From IMG/VR virus record IMGVR_UViG_3300021424_002547, positions 1 through 64,000 of that record: DNA of 64,000 bases, one strand, 5' to 3'. This document shows, in pieces, positions 57,270 to 64,000 of the stretch. Within the stretch, counting starts at the first letter, position 1, and every line of letters starts with the position of its first letter. The translations under genes and the position numbers were made by a program. The notes beneath the pieces were generated by a model. It was given only the letters and a program-made list of their open reading frames with translations. It searched no databases and had not been told where the DNA came from. The DNA comes from a virus.

Positions 57270-58331
57270 ATGACTAAACGTATCGGTTTCGCCTGCAAAT
57301 GGATCGACTATCCCGGACAGGTTGATGGAATCAAACCCAAGGACGACTGTAAAAAATACAACACAGGTTCTACTACTGTCGCTTGGTTAAATAGACAGAC
57401 CAAGGACGTGGCTGTAGAAAAACTATGGTCATTGATGCAACAGAACATTGAATCTACACGCCTCCTTGTAGAACGAGTAGGAGCATTAGATGAAAATCTT
57501 AGAATGGTACGACTCAGCAGCGATATCCTTCCTGTGTACACTGAGCCAACTTGGAGCTGGTTTTGGCGGACTGCCGATGTCAGAGCCTATTGCCAAAGAG
57601 AATTTGGACGAGTGGGAGATCTTGCTCGCGAGAAAGGTGTTCGCCTTAGTTTTCATCCTGGCCAGTTTACTGTGCTTGCTTCTGATAATCCAGATATTGT
57701 AAATAGAAGCATAGAGGAGTTTGAATATCATGTGGATATGGCTCGCTGGATGGGATATGGCAAGACGTTTCAAGACTTTAAAATCAACGTCCACATCGCA
57801 GGCAGACAAGGTCCAATGGGAATCGTTGCTGCGCTGGCTCGTATGACTCCAGAAGCTCGCAATACACTGACCATCGAAAATGATGAGATTACATGGGGCA
57901 CCGATGCCAGTCTGGAACTGGTAGAACACTGTGCTTTAGTGTTAGACATACACCATCATTGGATACACACAGGAGAATATATCAATGCGGAAGACGACCG
58001 TGTTAAAAGGATTATTGACAGTTGGCGCGGTGTGCGTCCTGTCATACATTATAGTGTGTCACGGGAAGAGCATCTTACTGACCATCCCGGACACCAACGC
58101 CCCGATCTTCGGACGTTACTAGAACAAGGACACAAAAAAGCCAAACTCCGTGCTCACAGCGATTTTATGTGGAACACTGCCTGCAACAAATGGGCATTAG
58201 AACACGGCGAATGGGCCGATATTATGGTAGAGGCCAAGGGCAAAAATCTTGCCAGCTTTGCCCTCTACGAAGAAGCTAAAAGGATTATTTCTTTGCCGCT
58301 GGCTTGCGACCACGAGTCGTTGCTTTCTTAG
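57270..58331 (+). CDS. uvsE: UV damage endonuclease
   Basis: IGFAC, RLSSD, HPGQF.VL.S, IENDE, D.HHH, AHSD, E.K.K. Confidence 0.92.
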   Translation: MTKRIGFACKWIDYPGQVDGIKPKDDCKKYNTGSTTVAWLNRQTKDVAVEKLWSLMQQNIESTRLLVERVGALDENLRMVRLSSDILPVYTEPTWSWFWRTADVRAYCQREFGRVGDLAREKGVRLSFHPGQFTVLASDNPDIVNRSIEEFEYHVDMARWMGYGKTFQDFKINVHIAGRQGPMGIVAALARMTPEARNTLTIENDEITWGTDASLELVEHCALVLDIHHHWIHTGEYINAEDDRVKRIIDSWRGVRPVIHYSVSREEHLTDHPGHQRPDLRTLLEQGHKKAKLRAHSDFMWNTACNKWALEHGEWADIMVEAKGKNLASFALYEEAKRIISLPLACDHESLLS

Positions 58332-58596
58332 CAGCAGTTTTGGCTTTTGTAGCAGCCTTTTTAACTTCTGTTTTAGCTTTTTCAACAACTACAGAAACAT
58401 CTGACGCATCGACTTTACCGTCTTTGTTCACATCAGCAGTGGTCTGTACACCGCTAACTGCATTTTGTACAGCGGCTTTGACATCATCGGCGTCAACTTT
58501 ACCGTCGTTGTTAACGTCTAAACCTTTAGAATTTCTGTTGAAATAGATAAGGGCGCCAACGACTACTGCTGCTGCGATTGCTAATAAGATTTCCAT
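58285..58596 (-). CDS. membrane-anchored protein with two DVNxDGKVD (EF-hand/dockerin-like) repeats and Lys/Ala tail
   Basis: N-terminal TM; AGGAG RBS. Confidence 0.7.
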   Translation of the reverse strand: MEILLAIAAAVVVGALIYFNRNSKGLDVNNDGKVDADDVKAAVQNAVSGVQTTADVNKDGKVDASDVSVVVEKAKTEVKKAATKAKTAAKKATTRGRKPAAKK

Positions 58597-58639
58597 GGTT
58601 AAATCTCCTTGTAGGTTATTTACCACGGTAAATACAGTC

Positions 58640-59197
58640 ATGCTACATTTTATTAAAAGTCTGACCGAAAGCACAGATCGCAGAGAAATCTACCAAGAAA
58701 AACTAAAATTTGGTAAAAGTGAACTGGCTCCGGTTATGAGCGAAGATACTATTAAGTATCACTATGATGGACTGGCTGCCAAGTATTCAGAGCGTTATAA
58801 TAAAGGCGAAGGTGATCCAGATTTTAATTATGGCGGTGCTGTTCTGCACAATATTTTCTTTGCTAACTTGACCCCTCCCAGAGCTGCTAATAAACCAACG
58901 GGGCTCAGTAAGTCTTTGATAGAAAATAAATGGGGAAGTTTTGACGAGTTTAAAGACGAAATTGAAAAAACTGTTATGTCAATTCAAGGTAGCGGGTGGC
59001 TATATATGGATACCACCGGAGAAATAAAAACTATACGCAATCACGAGTATAAGAAGAACATGAAGATTGCTCTGTTGATAGACTGGTGGGAGCATGCTTG
59101 GGCTCTTGATTATCAACAGGACAAAGTTAAATACCTTAACAATATTTGGCGTATCATCAACTGGGACACAGTTGACATTAGACTACAAGGAGCGTAA
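58640..59197 (+). CDS. sod: Fe/Mn superoxide dismutase
   Basis: HN.FF, GSGW, DWWEHAW..DY. Confidence 0.88.
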   Translation: MLHFIKSLTESTDRREIYQEKLKFGKSELAPVMSEDTIKYHYDGLAAKYSERYNKGEGDPDFNYGGAVLHNIFFANLTPPRAANKPTGLSKSLIENKWGSFDEFKDEIEKTVMSIQGSGWLYMDTTGEIKTIRNHEYKKNMKIALLIDWWEHAWALDYQQDKVKYLNNIWRIINWDTVDIRLQGA

Positions 59198-59198
59198 A

Positions 59199-59324
59199 AT
59201 GTTAGATATACTATTTTGGATAGCAGTAGGGGCATTCATTGGTTGGAATTTTCCACAGCCATTCTGGGCTAAAATGATCCAAGAAAAAATTCAAAACATG
59301 CTGGCGAAAAAACCGCAGGAGTAA
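59199..59324 (+). CDS. small membrane protein
   Basis: GAFIGWNFPQP.WAK; AGGAG RBS. Confidence 0.6.
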   Translation: MLDILFWIAVGAFIGWNFPQPFWAKMIQEKIQNMLAKKPQE

Positions 59325-59327
59325 TAA

Positions 59328-59717
59328 ATGGCATACAGCGATAAGGTTATTGATCATTATGAAAATCCACGCAACGTAGGTTCATTTGATAAGAACGATG
59401 AAGATGTTGGTACAGGAATGGTGGGAGCGCCAGCATGCGGAGACGTGATGAAACTGCAGATAAAGGTCAACGAAAATGGCATTATATCCGATGCACGTTT
59501 TAAGACGTATGGATGTGGTTCAGCGATCGCGAGCAGTTCGCTGGTTACGGAGTGGGTCAAAGGTAAAACTCTTGAGGAAGCTGGTACTATTCGAAACACG
59601 GAGATTGCCAAAGAACTTGCTCTACCGCCTGTCAAGATCCATTGCTCGATCCTCGCGGAAGACGCCATCAAGGCTGCGATAGAAGACTATAAGAAAAAAC
59701 ATTCAGAGGCGAATTAA
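59328..59717 (+). CDS. iscU: Fe-S cluster scaffold
   Basis: MAYSDKVIDHYENPRNVG, GAPACGD, GCGSA, LPPVKIHC. Confidence 0.97.
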   Translation: MAYSDKVIDHYENPRNVGSFDKNDEDVGTGMVGAPACGDVMKLQIKVNENGIISDARFKTYGCGSAIASSSLVTEWVKGKTLEEAGTIRNTEIAKELALPPVKIHCSILAEDAIKAAIEDYKKKHSEAN

Positions 59718-59719
59718 CA

Positions 59720-59956
59720 ATGGAACACCTCATCATGTATTGGGCATTAGTCGTTGCTCCTGCAGATTTAGGTAGAGTAGATACTGTTTTTCAAACCTAC
59801 GAACCTTGCCGCGTCCAAGCAGAACAGTATAGACGCATGGGGTACAAAGCAGACTGCGTACCCACTAACCAACTAGAAATTTCTCGTAGCGAACAGCAAT
59901 TACGTAGTCTAGCAAATTTGCTCTATGGTAACACTGACAGAACTAGCAGCCACTAA
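59720..59956 (+). CDS. hypothetical protein
   Basis: ORF between iscU and iscA. Confidence 0.5.
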   Translation: MEHLIMYWALVVAPADLGRVDTVFQTYEPCRVQAEQYRRMGYKADCVPTNQLEISRSEQQLRSLANLLYGNTDRTSSH

Positions 59957-60245
59957 GGTCAAAACTAATCTAGAACGCAGAGGGCAAGGCCTTGGTATCC
60001 GTCTAGGTGTTAAAACTACAGGATGTTCTGGTCTTGCCTATGTGTTAGAATTCGTAGATAAAGAATCATCCAACGACTTAAAATTCACTAGCCATGATGT
60101 AGATATTTTCGTGGATCCCAAAAGTCTTGTCTATATCGATGGTATAATCATGGATTGGCAAAAACGGGGCCTTAACGAAGGTTTTGAGTTCATCAATCCG
60201 CAGGAAAAGGATCGCTGCGGCTGTGGTGAAAGTTTTCGAGTTTAA
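59925..60245 (+). CDS. iscA: A-type Fe-S carrier
   Basis: GCSGL.Y, CGCGESF. Confidence 0.95.
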   Translation: MVTLTELAATKVKTNLERRGQGLGIRLGVKTTGCSGLAYVLEFVDKESSNDLKFTSHDVDIFVDPKSLVYIDGIIMDWQKRGLNEGFEFINPQEKDRCGCGESFRV

Positions 60246-60529
60246 AATTTTCCCACTGGCCAATCTATACTGGCAGGCATGTCCCAGATTTTTTTACGTT
60301 CAACACCCTTGCGCTGGGCGAATCTCTTAGCATCACAATTATTGCAGCAATGGAAATAATTATTGCTGAGCCTCCTGTGATCGATCTTTTTCAAATCTCT
60401 TTCAAACAGTTCATCGCAGTTATCACAACGGAATATCGCTACGACTTTTTTCCGTAGATAACGATGTGCGACACCTAGTTTACTGAATCTAGAATATTGA
60501 TTATCGACGGTTTTCTTTTTTAAGAACAT
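60242..60529 (-). CDS. small Zn-ribbon hypothetical protein
   Basis: CDNC...CCNNC; TAAATA 4 nt before ATG. Confidence 0.65.
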   Translation of the reverse strand: MFLKKKTVDNQYSRFSKLGVAHRYLRKKVVAIFRCDNCDELFERDLKKIDHRRLSNNYFHCCNNCDAKRFAQRKGVERKKIWDMPASIDWPVGKF

Positions 60530-60596
60530 CAAGTATTTACATTCGGCTTATAAAATTCTTTGGTAAATATACTATAACCATTTACTAGGGTAAAAT

Positions 60597-63500
60597 ATGG
60601 CACGTAAAATCATTGATATAGGTACAGTAGGCAACGATGGTACCGGCGATAGTATTCGCGATTCCTTCCGCAAAGTTAACGATAACTTCCGTGAATTATA
60701 TAGTTCATTGGGTCTTGGAGAAAGACTTACATTTATTGGCCTAGATGATACTCCCGGCGCATACGTTGGGCAGAATGATTCCGAGTCCGGAAACACTCCT
60801 GTGCTCACGGTCAACAATACCGAGTCCGGTCTACAGTTCAAAAAAATAGTGCCGGGCGAAGGAATAAGCATAGATTTTACCACTGACCCTAATGAAATAT
60901 CCATCAGTTCTGAATTTTCGCAGGTTGTGGGAGATCCTAGTCCACAACTAGGGGGAGATCTCAGTACCAAGTCAGGAGGTTTTCAGCATAGGATCATCGA
61001 TCTAGGGACGACCAATGATCCTCTATTTCCAATATTCGAGCATGAAGCAACCAGCAAAGGTTATGTAGATACCAAACTCAGTATAGCAGGTACGGAGGCC
61101 ATAGACCCACGAACTGGATTGAACGATACCAGTTTTGGACGCATGACCGGGCCATTGGTATTGGCTCGTGATCCCGTTCCCGATGACGACGAAGTCTTCG
61201 GAGGATTGGTCGCAGCCACTAAAAGATATGTAGATAACTCTGCATTCGGCAGCGCCGTGAACCTATATGTGGCTACCAGCGGAGAAGATGATCGCCCAGG
61301 AATCGCTTTAGAATTCCAAGGTAGGGCTCTGGCCTATGCTTATCGCACACTAGAAGCGGCATTAAAACGAGCAGAAGAAATCATGCTCGAATCTAGATTA
61401 GAGATAGGGCCATACAAAAAAGTTCTAACATACGACAATGGTGCCAATGACTGTACTCTAGAAGTTATCGACGATGCTCCTAGTGCCGGTAGCGGATTCA
61501 GCGGACAGGTGCTGATGAGCGTAGATTCAATTTCCGTCGTTTATCCAGGAGTGAACTATCTAGTAGGTGATATCATCACCGTGGCAGGAGGAACGTTCAT
61601 AGAACCTGCCAGATACCAGGTACTTTCAACAACAGCAACACCCGGAGGAATAATCACTGTTAGACAATTAAGTTCCGGAGTCTATACAGCATTACCGGGG
61701 TCTACAAACGTAGACACCACTGATAATAGTCCTATACCACATCCGGATATTGCAGACCGGGTGAAATTCGATATCACCTATAAGGTTAACAATGTACAGG
61801 TATTACCAGGAAACGGAGGTAGCGGGTATGGCCTAGTTTCTGTTCGTATCGTCGGTGGCGGGGGAACTGGGGCATTCGGTACCGCAGATGTCGTCGGAGG
61901 ATCGGTGGTCAGCATAACCATAGACGACTCCGGTACTGGTTTTACCAGCCTTCCTGCAGTACAGGTCAGCCTTCCTAGATTCCTAATCGAAACTAATGGT
62001 CAACGAACAGACTTTACCGGCGATGTATCCACTAGCACACCCGAAGCGATACGCACTAGAGACCTCAGAGAAGGATTATTTCTAAGAGGAGAAACTTCAG
62101 GTGCTTTAGCACAGATACTAGCACATAGCGGAGAACTAGACAGCGGTGGTCGAGAAATATTTGACGTAGATATCAAGTTTGGCGCTTTCCAGATCGGAGA
62201 AGTTATATCTTATGGCGATGTATCTAGACAAACACAGATAACAGTGTTAGTAGAAAGTGGCATCTACGAAGAAAATCTTCCATTAAGAATTCCCCAGAAC
62301 ACTTCTATCGTGGGAGACGAATTTAGACGTTGTATCATCCGACCGAAACCAGGTATAAGTTCTAGCCCCTGGGCTTTTCTAAAATTCCGCAGAGATCTAA
62401 CCATAGGCGAAGATGGTACTGACCAGATCTCGCTGACTGATAGATTATTCGGATATCATTATCTCACAGATTCGGCAGATCCGGTATATCCTTTGATCAA
62501 TAACAGAGGAGCCTATAGATCAGCGGCACAATTATTAGTTTTAAATAGATCTTTTCTACAAAAAGAAGTCATAGGGTGGATCGACTATCAGATTACTAAT
62601 AATATTGCTCCTTTCGTAGCGGCCTTTGACTATAATAGGAACCTCTGCGAAAGGGATGTAGGTCTTTTGATCGATGCTATGGTGTTCGATCTACGCTATG
62701 GTAGATCGGATAGAACGGTCAGCGCCGCATTAAAATATTATTCTAATGCCAGCGGATTGATCGCTATCGGAGCGCAGTTAGACGAAACTGTAGCGGCGAT
62801 CAGACGACTAGGAGTCCTGGCGCAGGCTGTGATACGCAATATTGAAATCACAGAGTTATATCAAGAAACTTTTTTACAGGTAATAGATGGAGCATTCATC
62901 GCAGAGGTTGGCACAGGCGGTACTTCTTTCAATATCGCAGGTGCCGGTAATTTTGATCCTGTGATAATCACTTCCGCCACTCCACACGGTCTAATCAATG
63001 GTGATAATGTGATCATCGATGCAGTAGGCGGTATGACTGAACTTAACGGCAATGATTATTTCGTTTCGGTAGTGGATAGTACTTCTTTTAGATTGTTCAA
63101 CGATGCAGCATTGACAGATACCGTAGATGGTACTACGCTAGGTACATACACTAGCGGCGGCACGGCCTATAACAACGGCGGAGTGATCGGTGCGCTGATC
63201 AATGTCATCATAGACGTTATCGACGAATCTGGTCCGGGATTTGGATCTGTAAACACACCCAAGAACAACGATCAGATGGATATGTTCTTGTGCAACGACA
63301 GCGTACGGTTACAGGCCATCACTGGTCAAGGACATGGCGGATTCATGATGGTCTTGGACCCTACGGGGCAGATATTGGCCAAGTCTCCTTATGCCCAAGA
63401 ATGCGCCAGTTTTTCCAAGAGCACAGGCAGACAGACATTCGCTGGCGGACAATACATCGATGGATTTACTGGAAACATAAAATTTGAATTAGTTGGTAAG

Positions 63501-64000
63501 AGAGAGATCGCTGTCGCTGCTATGCTCGCAGGAAGATCCTATACTATCAAGACTCCCGGCAGCACCACTTTTACATCACTAGGGGCCACAGATAATAATA
63601 TAGGAACAGTCTTCAATTACAACGGATTTCCAGTCGCTGGAAACGGTACCGTGGAAGATAACAGTTTCTTGTTAGTAGAAGGACTGGATAGATTTCCCCA
63701 ACTGCCGGCATCTTTCATCGTACAAGACACAGTTTATAGAATCAACTATGTTAGAGATTTTACTTTCAATGTGGCTGGATCTACGGCATCATTCGTTCTA
63801 GACGAAGCCACACCCTGGCCATTCGGTATATTTTCATACGATGACGATATCTGTTACAGAGATGTAGGATTGATCATCGACGGCCTGGGTTATGACATCG
63901 TGCTCGGTACTAACTACCATATGCGCAAAGCAGGCCTGACCTACAGGCAGGCCAATGCGGCCGTGGTGATTGTTGATCAATTGGATCTCACTGCCAGAGC
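60597..64000 (+). CDS. very large virion structural (baseplate/tail) protein, 3'-truncated by window edge
   Basis: MARKIIDIGTVGNDGTGDSIRDSFRKVNDNF start; C.RDVG.IIDA-type repeats; absent from track presumably because no stop in window. Confidence 0.8.
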   Translation, partial: MARKIIDIGTVGNDGTGDSIRDSFRKVNDNFRELYSSLGLGERLTFIGLDDTPGAYVGQNDSESGNTPVLTVNNTESGLQFKKIVPGEGISIDFTTDPNEISISSEFSQVVGDPSPQLGGDLSTKSGGFQHRIIDLGTTNDPLFPIFEHEATSKGYVDTKLSIAGTEAIDPRTGLNDTSFGRMTGPLVLARDPVPDDDEVFGGLVAATKRYVDNSAFGSAVNLYVATSGEDDRPGIALEFQGRALAYAYRTLEAALKRAEEIMLESRLEIGPYKKVLTYDNGANDCTLEVIDDAPSAGSGFSGQVLMSVDSISVVYPGVNYLVGDIITVAGGTFIEPARYQVLSTTATPGGIITVRQLSSGVYTALPGSTNVDTTDNSPIPHPDIADRVKFDITYKVNNVQVLPGNGGSGYGLVSVRIVGGGGTGAFGTADVVGGSVVSITIDDSGTGFTSLPAVQVSLPRFLIETNGQRTDFTGDVSTSTPEAIRTRDLREGLFLRGETSGALAQILAHSGELDSGGREIFDVDIKFGAFQIGEVISYGDVSRQTQITVLVESGIYEENLPLRIPQNTSIVGDEFRRCIIRPKPGISSSPWAFLKFRRDLTIGEDGTDQISLTDRLFGYHYLTDSADPVYPLINNRGAYRSAAQLLVLNRSFLQKEVIGWIDYQITNNIAPFVAAFDYNRNLCERDVGLLIDAMVFDLRYGRSDRTVSAALKYYSNASGLIAIGAQLDETVAAIRRLGVLAQAVIRNIEITELYQETFLQVIDGAFIAEVGTGGTSFNIAGAGNFDPVIITSATPHGLINGDNVIIDAVGGMTELNGNDYFVSVVDSTSFRLFNDAALTDTVDGTTLGTYTSGGTAYNNGGVIGALINVIIDVIDESGPGFGSVNTPKNNDQMDMFLCNDSVRLQAITGQGHGGFMMVLDPTGQILAKSPYAQECASFSKSTGRQTFAGGQYIDGFTGNIKFELVGKREIAVAAMLAGRSYTIKTPGSTTFTSLGATDNNIGTVFNYNGFPVAGNGTVEDNSFLLVEGLDRFPQLPASFIVQDTVYRINYVRDFTFNVAGSTASFVLDEATPWPFGIFSYDDDICYRDVGLIIDGLGYDIVLGTNYHMRKAGLTYRQANAAVVIVDQLDLTAR

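Noticed and set aside
60572-63487. ORFs 60572-60970(-), 62861-63052(-) and 63290-63487(+)
   Set aside because: They are shadows of the large structural gene starting at 60597.

Overview
This window looks like part of a large (jumbo-type, T4-superfamily-like) tailed phage genome in the standard genetic code. The host is probably proteobacterial, inferred from RpoZ, IscU/IscA, KdsA, DadA and TctABC homologues and from sigma70 consensus promoters. Layout: (1) 1-7.3 kb, short early ORFs including a run of 'F-x-L-R-W' paralogues, a D-Ala-D-Ala carboxypeptidase and ClpP. (2) 7.3-12.9 kb, an array of about 25 tRNA or tRNA-like genes mixed with unidentified structured RNAs and accessory genes. (3) 13-14.6 kb, RpoZ and two structured intergenic regions. 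(4) 14.7-45.8 kb, an AT-rich island of tailoring enzymes (5 PP-loop ATPases, about 10 2OG-Fe(II)/cupin-type proteins, 4 radical SAM, 2 desaturases, acyl-CoA ligase, GNATs, TctABC) around a fibre-like gene. (5) 45.8-60.5 kb, core and auxiliary metabolic genes (ThyX, QueD, DadA, KdsA, UvsE, SOD, IscU, IscA). (6) 60.6-64 kb, the start of a very large virion protein. The most striking feature is absent from the ORF track. At 7299-7502 a perfect sigma70 promoter drives a leaderless 36-codon peptide that uses 19 of 20 amino acids and 31 different codons. Its 3' end overlaps an antiterminator that competes with an intrinsic terminator directly upstream of the tRNA array. This looks like a pan-codon translation-coupled attenuator that could switch on phage tRNAs when any host tRNA is depleted. 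All product calls come from motifs read by eye; no searches were run.
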